Counted from the stretch's first letter, positions 51,549 to 63,601 are shown. The stretch is DNA of 64,000 nucleotides from Guillardia theta CCMP2712 (GCF_000315625.1 NW_005434577.1:223195-287194); one strand, 5' to 3'. Notes: a model not told the origin generated them from the letters alone. Program-made: numbers and translations.

Positions 51549-52190
51549 ATGACGGCTGTAGGAGGCAGCAGGTCGAGCAAGAGGAGGAGGCTGGAGGGAT
51601 CAGACACGAAGACAGAGAGAGAAAAGGAGGGGGGCAGATCTGAAGCAGAAAGGGAAACCAAACGAATACGAAGAAAGCTATGCGAGCACGGGCGGGTTAG
51701 ATCGAGATGCAAGGGATGCGGGGGCAGCAGCATATGCCAGCACGGGCGGCAGCGATCGCAATGCAAGGGATGCGGGGGCAGGAGCATATGCGAGCACGGG
51801 CGGCAGCGATCGGGATGCAAGGAGTGCGGGGGCAGCAGCATATGCCAGCACGGGCGGGTGAGATCGAGATGCAAGGGCTGCGGGGGGGGCAGCATATGCG
51901 AGCACGGGCGGGAGCGATCGGGATGCAAGGGATGCGGGGGGGGCAGCATATGCGAGCACGGGCGGGTGAGATCGCAATGCAAGGGATGCGGGGGCAGCAG
52001 CATATGCGAGCACGGGCGGGTCCGATCGCAATGCAAGGAGTGCGGGGGCAGGAGCATATGCCAGCACGGGCGGGTGAGATCGCAATGCAAGGAGTGCGGG
52101 GGAGGGAGCATATGCGAGCACGGGCGGGTGAGATCGAAATGCAAGGAGTGCGGGGGAGGAAGCAGCAGGTACAAGCAGGAGAGGAGCTGA
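51549..52190 (+). CDS. Zinc-repeat array protein 3: KRRR leader plus 9 repeats; tandem paralog of protein 2
   Basis: Shares the N-terminus (AVGGSRSSKRRRLEGSD), C-terminus (GGGSS.YKQERS) and flanks with protein 2. Confidence 0.85.
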   Translation: MTAVGGSRSSKRRRLEGSDTKTEREKEGGRSEAERETKRIRRKLCEHGRVRSRCKGCGGSSICQHGRQRSQCKGCGGRSICEHGRQRSGCKECGGSSICQHGRVRSRCKGCGGGSICEHGRERSGCKGCGGGSICEHGRVRSQCKGCGGSSICEHGRVRSQCKECGGRSICQHGRVRSQCKECGGGSICEHGRVRSKCKECGGGSSRYKQERS

Positions 52191-53031
52191 TCTGGTGCGG
52201 ACAAGATGCTGCAGTGTAGAAAAGATGACTGGCTTGCAGGATCACAAGGGGGCAACACACTAGGGAAGGAGAGAGACGGCAGCGGGTGCTGGGCAGAGTC
52301 AGCGGGTGCTGAGGAGGATTTGCGATGGAGATAATGAAGAGAATGCAGGCACGTGCTCGTGAGGACCATGTAACGGTACTTGGATGCTGTTGACTGGTTG
52401 GTGGACGTTGGGAGCATCGTGTTGAAGGAGGAGGAGAAGGGGCAGCAGCTTCCCACCCCAACGTGGGGATGGTCAGCGTCTGATATTGAGACCAAGACGG
52501 GGAGGGAGGGACTTGCACGGCATGCGGGAGTAGGGCAGCCAGTAGGACCCCCACGTCGCCGTCAAAACGGCGGGGTGCGGAGTCATAGTACGAGCAGGGG
52601 ATGTGAAGGACGCCTTGCCTTGAGGATCACAGCGGCCACTGAGACATAAGGCGCGTGGGGCCCCTTGAAGAGGGTCAGTCAGCATATGTTGTGATGTACT
52701 GGCAGTGCCATAGAGCTGCTCTGCTTGAGCTTCTTGAGCTGGACATACGAGCACGTGGACGATAAACGGAGGGATAGGGCGGTCAGATCACTTCTATTGA
52801 TACCGTCGCAGGGAGCTTATGGAGGGCTGGTGCAAGCGAGCTGGACTGTACTCATGACAAGTGCTCGCAGCACCACGATGTGCTGCCTTGCCCGAGCGTG
52901 AAAACGAGAGCTCGGTCGAAGGCCCATCCCACGGTCTAATGATGGGGGTTAGGCTCCCGCAAGTAGTCTGCCGCCGGAGTCAAACTTGGGGCGGAGGGTG
53001 GGTAATATACATGCGCGGGTTGCGAATGAGG

Positions 53032-53123
53032 GAACATCGTGTACTTGCCTGAGAGAACATCGTGTACTTGCCTGAGAGAACATCGTGTACTTGCCTGAGA
53101 GAACATCGTGTACTTGTCTGAGA
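53032..53123. repeat. 23-bp minisatellite, 4 copies (GAACATCGTGTACTTGCCTGAGA)
   Basis: Contiguous direct repeats. Confidence 0.9.
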
Positions 53124-53204
53124 TAACTTTAGTTCTGAACACACAATATCATGCTCAACACGGTAGACTTGAGCGTGTCCTGCCAACTTCAACGGCACTG
53201 CAGC

Positions 53205-54054
53205 TCACGGGAGATAGCTTCTCATGGCGAGTGGAGAAGTACACTCCGCATTGCAGACTGGGCATCTGCCGATGTTGCCTTGCTTGACCAGTGGCGAACA
53301 AACTTCGCAGATCGCCAGGTGACTGCAGGGTACGAATGCATGCGACAGCTTGTCACGCCATCCCTCTGCTACCTCTGCCCTTGTGGTGACCTGCTGTCCA
53401 TCCATGCTCTTGGCCCTGTCCTCTATGGCCGAAACCTTGATTTCCTCTCGCTGCGTACTTGCTGTGGGCGGTTCGTTATGGGTCAGCGATTGAGGAACAG
53501 CTACCTGATTGGTCTTCTTGGTATTAGGACCATCAGCAGCACTGGGTTGAGAGACAGGCTTCGCCTCAGGTATCGACAACGAAGACGACAAGCTCGATTG
53601 CTCCAATGCTCTCGATCCATGGTGTGATGGTTGAATCGAGCTTTGTTGCGCTGAATTGGATGACGGGTCTTGAGCGTCTGGAGTTGATGGAGAGCGAGAG
53701 GTTTTGTTAGATGCCTTACCACCCACGTTTGCTGTTCGTGCTTCGTCTCGGGTCTTGCCATACATTAAAGAAAGTCTGCTGTCTCGTTTTGAGAGGACTT
53801 GGTGGGTATTCTTATTCAACGACACATCCTGCGTGAATCTATCTGCGTGTTGTGCTGTCATGTCAGGTCGATCGGCAAAAGGGCATATCTAGTAGCTGAC
53901 TACTCGGACTGCTCTGACCAGTACATATGTCCAGCCGGACAGCAGCAGCACTTGTCTCAGACACAGGTTTCGCTTCAGGCACGCCGACAACGAGGCTGCC
54001 ATAGCAGCTCATCGTCGCCATAGACTCGCATGGTAGCGACGCTCCTTCCATCAT
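53205..54054 (-). CDS. Disordered protein with a C-terminal IAP/MDM2-type RING-like motif (first CxxC apparently missing)
   Basis: HAFVPCSHLAICEVC..CPVC at the C-terminus. Confidence 0.6.
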
Positions 54055-54339
54055 CTGCTCAGCCGTCTGCTCCAGGCTTTCTTCGAACTCTACACTGAGG
54101 CTCCAATCCTTGTCAACTTGCAGTCGGGCAGCGCCGTGCCTTCAACGAACTTTGTGGAGGCGGTGAAGGTGGTGGGGTGGATGTTTTCTAGGTAGGAAAG
54201 TGAAGCTGAGACGAGGGGTACATAGCAGAGAAAATAGGGGTAGGGGTGGGGTGCCCTCTTCAACTGTCCTGCATTCAGTTGCCCTCCGTCCCCCATTCCC
54301 CATCAGGCTGCTCCTGCTCCTCCTGCTCCTCCTGCGGTC

Positions 54340-56932
54340 ATGCTGACATTCGAGGGCATGGTAACACTTAGCTCCACCTGCTTCCTTGCTCCTTCCTTCC
54401 TCTCTCTTCTCTTCATCACTGCCTCCAGCCCCCCTTGCCTCGCCTCTGAATCGTTGTCCACGACAAACTACCCAGCTCCGCTTCAGCTTTTGAGGAGCAA
54501 TGGGAGAGGAGGGCTAGAGCCGGTGCTGGAGGGCATGGAGTGGCTGAACAGCATTCACGTCCCGGTACATGTTGTGTCTGTAGTTGGGACCTTTCATACA
54601 GGCAAGTCGTTCTTGTTGAACATGGTAGCCCATGGACGAGGAAACGGGTTTGCCTTGGGAACCTCAGTAGAGCCGACAACGGAAGGTGTGTGGGCATGGG
54701 GAGAGCTCTTGGAGTGGGAAGAGCTGAAGCATCCTGTCCTCCTCCTGGACGTGGAAGGGTTCGGAGCTCCAGGAAACACAAAGAACTACGATTCCAAACT
54801 TTTCTCCATCCTCTACATCCTCAGCTCGAACCTTATGTACAACTCGGTGAAGATCATCGATCAGAGGGAGATCGAGCAGCTCGAGCTTTTGGTTCGTCAG
54901 GCCAACGTGTTTGGTAATCATGTCTTCATGGAGAACGACCAGGGAGCTGGATGGAGTACCAAGACGGTGGAGATGAAGGAGAAGGAGCTGATGAAGAAGA
55001 TCAACGACGACATCGGTACAGCAGACGGCAGCAGTGCTAGGAGCATTCACACTCCAGCCTTCACGTGGGTAGTGCAAGACTTCTTTCAAGACATGGCCTC
55101 AGGTGGGAACGAGACCGCAGGGTCAGCCAAGGACTGGATGGACAAGCTCTTGGATTCTCAACCAAGGGAAGACGGGTCTTCGCGCACACTACGGAGGATC
55201 TTTGCTTCCACCGACTGCAAGACTCTCTTCATCCCTACTCTACAGGGCAAGCAGCAGCTTGCTCAGCTCGACGACCCGGCGGTCCGCATGCACGAGGACT
55301 ACCTTGCAGACCTGGAAGGCTTAAAGGCTTCGCTGAGATCCAACCTAGAAGAGCGAGAGAAGAAGCTCGTCCCTCTCCTCGGGCTCCAGGTGCCTCCTCC
55401 TGTGCTCCCTGATGAAGTCACCTGACTTGCTGAGATGCCAGCTGGCCGGTCTGCTGGAGCAGCTGCAGCGGGCGGCAGAGAGCGGGTCCTTGAAGCCCAT
55501 TCCCTCCATCTGGACCATGTTTTGGACTCAATACGTCAACGACATATCTCGAACGACTCTCTTAAAAGCGGAGCGATACCTTGCAGTGATGGAGAATCAG
55601 AGGAGGTGATGAGGCAGCATCTCTGATCCATGACATGGCCTCTGACATGGTCTGCCTTGCAGGCCGCTTCCTATCTCCTCCTTCAACGCCAAGGCTTCGA
55701 TGCTGCTTCAGACAAGCTTGCAGTCATTCGCCAGGAGTCTCATCGGGTATGCTGGAGACACGCGCAGTCAGGAGCAGGTGCTGCAGACGAGTATCAACAA
55801 GGAGATAGACGTCTCTCTTGCTCGGCTCCGCTCACGTATCAGCGACTACATGACGTCGGAGTCCAGCGGAGCCAAGAGAGATCTCGCTGCTTCCCTCAAG
55901 AACATCCAGCTACCCATCCCCTCCTCCAAGTTCTCTGAGCTGGTGTATGATACGCTTCTTCCTGCGTTCAAGAGTCAGATCCAAATCCTATGCAAGGAGT
56001 ACGAGTCTCATCAGGACCTCTGTGATGCCACCTTCAAGGAGGCGGAGCTCAGCATCGCGAAGCTCAAGGAGGAGAACCTGAACAAGATTCAAGCATCCCT
56101 CTCCTCCACTAGCGCGCGGGCAGTTGATCAATACCTCACGTGCATGAAGACTGGCATGTCCACCTGCCTTTCAACGGCTGAGTTCAACAACTATGACCAG
56201 CATCGATGTCAACCCGCGGGTATCGAGATGTTTGAGAGCAGCAGCAAGACGTTTCGACAGGAAAGGTTGTACGAGACACAAACCAAGGCCACCAAACACT
56301 CCATGTCGACCGAGGCGGCGAAGCTTCGAGACAAGAACTTGGGCTGCATCAGGAAGACGGTGAACGAGCACTCGAGGACAGCGCAGGAGTGCATTCACAA
56401 CATCTTCGAGGCCAAACTGCTGCCCTTGGGGATGAGCAAGATGAGGGAGATTGAGAAATCTGCCTCAGACCGCTGCATCAGCACCTTTGCCCGGCAAGTG
56501 TCGACCTTCTCCGATGTCCCTCTAGTCGCATCGGAGGCCACCAGCCTGCAGAACGCCGTCACGAGGGCTGCAAGAGGGTTCAAGGACGAGAACGAGGAGG
56601 CGCTGAAGAACCATCTCAAGTGGCACTTGGAGGAGGCAAGAGCAGAGATAGATGCTGTGCGCAGCAGCTTCATCCTCCCTTGCCCTCCCTTCCTCGAGGA
56701 ACAATGGTACTTGATCACTGGTTCCTGCCTCAAAGGGAAGGCAAAGACGCTGGCAAGGGCCAAGGTTGGGAACATAGATCCTGAGCTGAGAGATTTCCTA
56801 GAGGGAGCTATAGATAAGTGGTACCAGGGGCTCCCCTCCAGCTCCTTGTGGGGTTGGATACTCCCTGTGATAGTCACAGTGCTGGCCCTGTCGGTCGGCA
56901 AGGCGATTCCCGAAAATACAAGGAAGAAATGA
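54340..56932 (+). CDS. Guanylate-binding protein (GBP/atlastin family) with N-terminal signal peptide, Cys-containing helical repeats and a C-terminal TM
   Basis: VSVVGTFHTGKSFLLN, TTEGVWAW, LLDVEGF, YDSKLF..LSSNLMYNS, FTWVVQDF. There is a hydrophobic leader and the tail is WGWILPVIVTVLALSVG..RKK*. Confidence 0.85.
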
Positions 56933-57179
56933 TCACTTGAGGGAAAGTTGTGCCCAAGGAGTGAAGTGTTTTTTATAAAGCAGCATCATAAGACAAGATC
57001 TCGAAGGATCTGAGACAAGATCTCTCCTGGAGACCGAGAAATGTCTTCTTTATCAAAGAGGACGGAGAAAATCGTGTTATGAAACTCGAGTGCGTTCCCG
57101 CGTCCTTTTGCAAGACCTCGTTGTCACTCTGCCTTCCATTTCTACTTGTTTGATCTTTCACAGGTTTCCCTACTGCGCT

Positions 57180-58086
57180 TCAGTCCTTAACCTCCTTCAA
57201 ATCTTTCTCGAACTCCATCGCTTTGTGCTTGTAAGTCAACGGCCCGCTCTTCATCGCCTCCCTCTGCACCATCTTCAACATCACAAGACCTCTCATAGCA
57301 ATCTTGTTACCATCACGGCCGACACCTCCTTTACAACCTTTGCCGGGCTTCCAAGAACCTTTCCACCAACTATCAGCTCCCACCCCTCCCTCTGCTCCTC
57401 CCTCTGCTCCTCCCTCTGCTCCTCCCTCTGCTCCTCCCTCTGCTCCTCCTACCAGGCTCCCATCGGGGATCTCAGTATTCTCCAGCACCAGCGAGTGTGC
57501 CCCTGTCCCTCAACGGTCACAGGAGGTTCAAGGCAGCTGCTTGCTCTACCGATGAGACAGCCCTTGCCGATCTTCGCCCCGTTCCTGCTCCTCCAGTCAC
57601 CCCACTAGCCAGCAAGGCACTGACAAGACTTACAAGATTGTGCTCCCTATGCCCACCAGGGTATCGTCCCCGATCTGACAGCCGTGAAGCATCACCTGGC
57701 GCCTCCGTTACATCGTCCTCGTTGTACGTTACAGGTGCCACCTTGTGTCCGACTGTGACTCTCTGCCCGATGTTCACAGGAAACCCTATGTCAGTATGCA
57801 CGACGCAGCCGTCCTGGATGTTGCTGTCCTTGCCCACATGTATCAACTCCTAGACATCCACGTCAGACACTCTCGCTATCGATCTTTCCGCAAGCACATT
57901 GTCTCCTCGCAGAGTGGCGGAGAACCACACGCTTGACCCTTGCTCCATCTTCACCTTGCCGATCACCTGCATCGAGGGCTGAGCACAGCCTGTCATGGCG
58001 GCATCACAACTTACAGCAGCGTTCGGAGCCACCCAGGTCTCCTTCTCCAGGGTTGGATGATGTTCTCCTAGAGAGTAGACGGCCAT
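57180..58086 (-). CDS. Gamma-carbonic anhydrase family (hexapeptide repeat) protein
   Basis: VAPNAA|[17 protein letters not shown]|..[18 protein letters not shown]|VMLHGC, with three His ligands. Possible upstream leader exon not resolved. Confidence 0.9.
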
Positions 58087-59002
58087 CCTGCGGAGAGGAG
58101 GAAACCTGTCGTGCTGCAATCGAGCAATCCCTCCCATCTGCCGAAAACATCCACCGACATTCAACTTTCGAAGCATCTGCCATGCTACGAGTCAAAGCCT
58201 TTCAATCAACATCTCCTCTCCCATATCATTGCCTCACCCCTCCTCGTCCTCCTCACCACTTCTCCTTCTCCTCCTTGTCCTCCTCAACCTCCTCCTCCCC
58301 CTCCTTGTACTCCTCTACCTCGTCCTAGTCTTCTGCTAGCACCCCTACATTATACATCCTTATAGGCGCTTATACATTTTATACATCAAATTATACATTT
58401 CCGGAATGTTTATACATTATTGCGATCGGCGTCTGAGCCTGGTGCTCTAAATCGGGGAGCTAATGGACATGGCGGTCGGAGAGCATGGGGGCGCACGGCG
58501 GAGAGGAGGGGAGGGAGGGAGGGAGGAAGAGAGGAAGAGAGCGTGGAAGGAAGAGGAGGGGGAGGAAGAGAAGAAGAGAGCGTGGAAGGAAGAGGGGGGG
58601 GAGGAAGAGGGTCCAGTAACTCAGTGACGACCCATGGCTTCTGAGTTCAGAAGGGATAGGGTATGAGGCATTGTATGGAAGAAGCGGCAAGCACTGAGCA
58701 GCGAGGGAGAAGGAGCATGAGGAGGCTGATCAATTCTGGGAGCATCTCAGTACGGGATGTTGGAGAGGATGATGTGTGCATGCAGAGGAAAGTTACGCGA
58801 ACATGAGCGAGAAAGGGTAACGTGAAGCTCGGAGCAGGGAGAACGAGAGGGGAAGTATCGTTGTACAGATGAAGAAGATGGTGATGGGGTTCAGGAGGAG
58901 AGAAGAGAGCGATGATGCCTGCTGTCAATAGCTGATGTCTACTTGTTGAAGCATTTCACCTCATTGCCTTTCTCAACATACTTGTGTGCTTGTCCCTTCG
59001 CA

Positions 59003-59653
59003 ATGAGGATATCGAAGAAACGCTGCTTGTCTCCTCAACAAACACTGACCATCAAATGCTTCGTAGGCAAACAGCGCAAGATGTTTCAAGTGCTGATCAT
59101 GGGCACTGCCTTGCGGAACCAAGAGGCTCAGTATGTGGAACCAGGGAGAACGTGCTACACGACAGGAGGGATATGCCCTAAGAGAATTCAAGTCATCAAG
59201 AACTGCGTCACCGAGGGCTTCTGTGGAGGAAAGAGAGGACCGCTGACCGGCATCGAGAGGTTGTTTGATGTTGAGTTGTGTTGCAGATGATAATGGTGGT
59301 GGTGGTGGTGGTGGTGGTGGTGGTGATTGTGATTGTGATGATAACAATGGCTGCCTAAAAGAGACTTCTGACGAGATGGATGAAGAAAGCGAGGAACACA
59401 TGTGTCTGATCAACATATTCGCAGGTTGAAGTGGAAGCCTCTTCATTTTCTCAAAGAAGACGGGGTTGCTGACTCTCTCACCAAGGCGAATGCTTCTGCT
59501 GCTGGGTATCAGTCGGTGATGTTTGAAAAACTTATAACCTTGACAATTGTTGATCATTTTCGATCAACAGGAATTCAAGAACAGGCCCTTTCCTCCCTTG
59601 TTCACCAACTCTTAAACGCAAATTCCGACCATCGTCCATTTTTCATGTTTTGA
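59003..59653 (+). CDS. Hypothetical multi-exon protein
   Basis: Exon-like segments separated by a (GGT)n intron; no family recognised. Confidence 0.3.
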
Positions 59654-59746
59654 CAGCTCCAGGCAGCTGTCTCAGCAGCAGAAAACTCTTCCAGTGTTGT
59701 TCATACTTACAGATTTCAGTTTCGTCAGATTCATTAGAAAGAATGC

Positions 59747-61798
59747 TCATATTGTTTCCGCTGTCTTGCCAGCGAAATATCTTCTTCTGTTCTCTTTCCC
59801 CCTCGGCGTGATCTGATCTTTGACGAACCTGACTTGATGTCAGCAACCAATGCTTCAAATCTATCGCGCTCTTCAACCAGATTGCTCGTTTATGAGGCCC
59901 ATCTTCTCTAAACACCGTCCGACCGTGAACGTCTTCCTTCCTTCCATACACCTTCCCTCTCGTCTCAACCAGCAACAAAATCATCAAGTATGCAAAGTAC
60001 CAAGAGCTTGTCTGTGTAATGCCCTGCCTCCCCATCTAGACCTTCGTACATCCCGATCCTTTTCACTCCATCAGCTCCGCGGCGAGAAACTCCTGAGCTC
60101 TTGTAACTCTCATAGATTGTCTCCTGACATGCGGCAAAGTAAGAAACACCATGACAGTCGCAAGCATGCATGATCAGGTCTTGACACCTGTATGGCATGA
60201 AACAGGTCCATCCATTGATCCTCGTTGAGATCGCCCACCAACAACCATGGATCTAGATTGCTGATTGATACCATCAACAACAATCTCCCCATACAAGAGT
60301 CGAACCTTTTGTACAGGCACTCTGACAGGATATAGTTGCCGATTCCACTCGTCTAATCATCAGGTCATTCTCCTTACAATCGGAATCAAATCTCTTGCCT
60401 TCTTCTGATCCATGAGAAAGACTGCAAGGAACCTGGGTGGGTGGGAGGGAAAAACTTCTTCAACGTTTCATGATAACCTCACGAACAAATCAAACCTTGA
60501 CTTCTTCTGACGTTTCGCAATCCTGATCGCAAAAAGAACATTGTTACATGATCATAACAACAGCTTCAAGGAGTAGAGTACAAGCATACTTGATAAACTC
60601 AGATGCGGTCAAGCCGTCAAGAAACGCTGGGCCGATGCTTGCCAATTTGTTCTCTAGCTCCTACCAAATGCTCTTACGAAGATGAATAGCATCGTTCAAT
60701 ATCGTTACTGCTGGATCCAACGAGAACGTCAGAGTGCCGAAGTTGCGGACATCGTTGTAGAAGACGCTCAAGTTTGTGTTTTCATCCTCCTCGTTTTCAA
60801 TCATCTCCATCATGAATCTTGTGTGGATCTCATTTTCCAGCTTCAACATACGAGCAAGCAGCGAATCGCAAACACCGTCTCTGTCATGCTCCACCGACCC
60901 GACATTCCCAAGGTCGACCAAATGCTCCCATTCAAATCTTTAAACATCCCAGTGAGGTTTGAAATCCTCAAGGTTCAAAGTTCAAGTTGTCACTAACTCG
61001 GCATCTTGGAGGACGAACACAGGAAGTAGATGAATTTTCCCTTGTTCCCCACCCTCTCAATCTTGGCAGGAATCATCTTTAACAGGGTAAGAACATCCCA
61101 GCATATGACAACAGCACAACAACCCACCTTGTCCTTGAACTCTTCAAAGTTCGTCGGCAAACCGTTCTCCATGTAACGCCCACTCAAGATCTCCATCTGC
61201 GTCGTCCCCTCACCTCTTGTCAACATCGACATCTAATTGTTACCTTGGTTATGAGATTCCCTTCAAACCTCGAAAGCTCATCGGCCATCCGCTTGCATTC
61301 CGGCCCTTCAGGCATCATGAAGATGTCCAGCGGAGGTCTTCTCCTCGAGTATGCTGGTGTGAGATCCCTGGCAGCACGAGAACAAAGGACGGCAGAGCGT
61401 CTCAGAGGCGGAGAGTATGGCAACGGAGTCCTGGAGTCGGGCATATAGGGAGACATGGGTTGTAGCCTGCAAAGGTGATAGAGTTACTGCATAAAAGCGT
61501 TCAATCCTGCTCTGCCTGCCCTGCCCAGCGCCCTGAACTGCCGTACTCTACTCTGATCTGCTCCGCCCTGCCCTGCTCTTCCCTGCCATCCTCTGCTCTA
61601 CCCTGTTCTCCCCTGCTCCCGTCTCGTCTCGTCTCGTCTCGTCTCGTCTCGTCTCGTCTCGTCTCGTCTCGTCTCGTCTCGTCTCGTCTCGTCTCGTCTC
61701 GTCTCCTCTCCTCTCCTCTCGTCTCCTCTCCTCTCGTCTCCTCTCCCTCACCAGCATGTCGCCATCAACGTGATGACTGCAGCGCCACCAGCAATCAT
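59747..61798 (-). CDS. Fpg/Nei DNA glycosylase (zincless-finger type) with bipartite leader
   Basis: MPEGPE, GNKGKFIYF, TLGMSGRW, YNDVRNFGT, IGPAFL, FLMDQ, SGIGNYILSECLY (H2TH), VYGRKED. Leader MIAGGAAVITLMATC|WLQPMSPY via intron 61751-61467. Confidence 0.85.
61621..61745. repeat. (GTCTC)n / (CTCTC)n intronic microsatellite
   Basis: Pentamer tandem repeat inside the Fpg leader intron. Confidence 0.9.
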
Positions 61799-62556
61799 GT
61801 CGCTCAACTCATCTCCCTCATACCCATCTTGACCCAACTTCCAGGAACCTACCCTACCCTACTCCAATCTGATCTATACCACCCTGGTAAATGCATCCAT
61901 TCCACTACCCCCCACAACTCCAGTTCTCGGTACCCCCTTATTCAAGAGCCTTTTCTAGGAGTCTTAGAGGGTCAAAGGAGTACCCCTACCACAGGTGGAT
62001 ATTACACGGTACCCCAACCTGTCTCAATGACCCACCCCACCCACGATTTACTCTTTAGCACCTCACAATGTCCTCCTCCTCCTCCTCTTCTTCTTCTTCC
62101 TCTCCTCTCCTCCTTCTCCTTCTCCTCCTCTTCCTCCTCCTCTCCTCCCTCTTCCTCATGATCGTTTCCTCCTCCTACGTCCTCCTCCCTCTTACCTCCT
62201 TTCTACTCATCATCTTCTCCCCTTGTTCTTTCGTACTTGCCTTTTGTTCTATCCTTGTTGTCCTATCAATCTTACCTGCCTGCTTTGTTCGCTTCGTCTG
62301 CTCTCTTCTCTTGCTCATTCTCTGTTGTTCTGCCTGTTTCTATCTTACGAGCTGGTTCCATTCGTTAGAATGAGCACGATTTCAACTGGTGTGCATTATC
62401 AAGTGAAACTTTGCTTTCGAAAGGTCGCTGAAGCTTCTTTTCTTCCTTGTAAACCTCTTCATCTTCTAGTTCTTGCAAATGTTGATAGGAGCAAGAATGA
62501 CACACAACCCATGAGCTATCAAATTCTGCTTGCAGTAATTGATCACCTGATTGCAG

Positions 62557-63601
62557 ATGAAAGCTGTACAGTATATTCTTGTGGCAGCATTATTCGCTCT
62601 TGCCCATGGCGAGAGGTCTTCCAAGTTGTTTGAGCCGAATGAATACGAAGATGAGGCGAAACAACTCCTGTCGACCCGAGAAGCTGAACTTGTAGAGAAA
62701 GTTCGCTCGAAGCAAGCCACTCAGGTCATCACATACTCTGTTGTGGTTGATAGGTGTTTGACCGAGGGAGGGAGGGAGCAGGAGGAGGCAAAGGAGGCGC
62801 TGAAAGCATTCTCTGTCCTGTCATCATACAAGATTTACAACGATGTTGTCAAGAACGCCAAGGATGGGCCCATCAAGAATGAGTTCGAGAGAAAGCTCAA
62901 GGACCTGAAGCAGAGGACGACGGACGACAGCGTGAAGGAATCGAACACCATGACGGGTTCCAGGGTGAGGAGAGTAGGAGGAGTTCAGGTTGGTAGACTG
63001 TCTTGTATGTTGTGAACCTGACAAGGAGCTGCAGCCACGAGCTCTCCCGAAGGATAGGATGGCAAATAAGAAGAAGGGCCAAGTGAAGCATCTGAAGCCC
63101 GAGGAGGCCTCGCGCTTCCTCGCCATGTTCTACTCGTACAATGCTCTTCCTGAGCCGAGAGAGATTGTCCTGCCTCTGTCAGACGAAGTCTTCATGAAGC
63201 TCTTCTCTGCTCGCGACGCGTTTGTGGCGAAGGCCCATGGAACTTACTCGCCGCATGCGCTCAGGCATAAGGAGACGAGGAGCGATGTCGAGGCGAGACT
63301 GTCTCAGCACGAAGAGAAGACGAAGGCGATGCTGTTGAAGGCGTGCAAGGAGGGAAAGGGAATCTATCGCACCCGTCTTGGGATGGACCTTGCCATGTTC
63401 GAGGAGCTGAGCAGCGAGGAGAAGGAGAAGGGCCTCGAGCTGGGGAGGGAGAGGATGAGCAAGATGAGTTTGAGCAAGGAGAACTTGGTCAGGATGATGA
63501 CGGAAAAGTTGAAGCAGGAGGACGAGGCTCTACGAGGCGTGAAGAATGTCGATGAATGGTTCTCGTTCAATTACAACCCCATGAAGTTCTCGCTATCCTA
63601 G
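62557..63601 (+). CDS. Secreted or organelle-targeted helical hypothetical protein
   Basis: Signal peptide MKAVQYILVAALFALAHG, then three exons of charged helical sequence. Confidence 0.6.

Noticed and set aside
41963-52554. Alternative-frame and antisense ORFs over the zinc arrays (STGGSDR.., MRARA.., PCSHMLL..)
   Set aside because: They are by-products of a stop-poor 54-bp repeat. Only the Cys/His frame has a coherent leader and a metal-ligand pattern.
53032-53123. CRISPR-like 23-bp repeats
   Set aside because: Units are contiguous with no spacers and the context is eukaryotic, so this is a minisatellite.
57350-57452. GGAEGGAEG insertion in the gamma-CA
   Set aside because: It lies between a GT donor and an AG acceptor, and removing it restores [13 protein letters not shown]. 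It is an intron.
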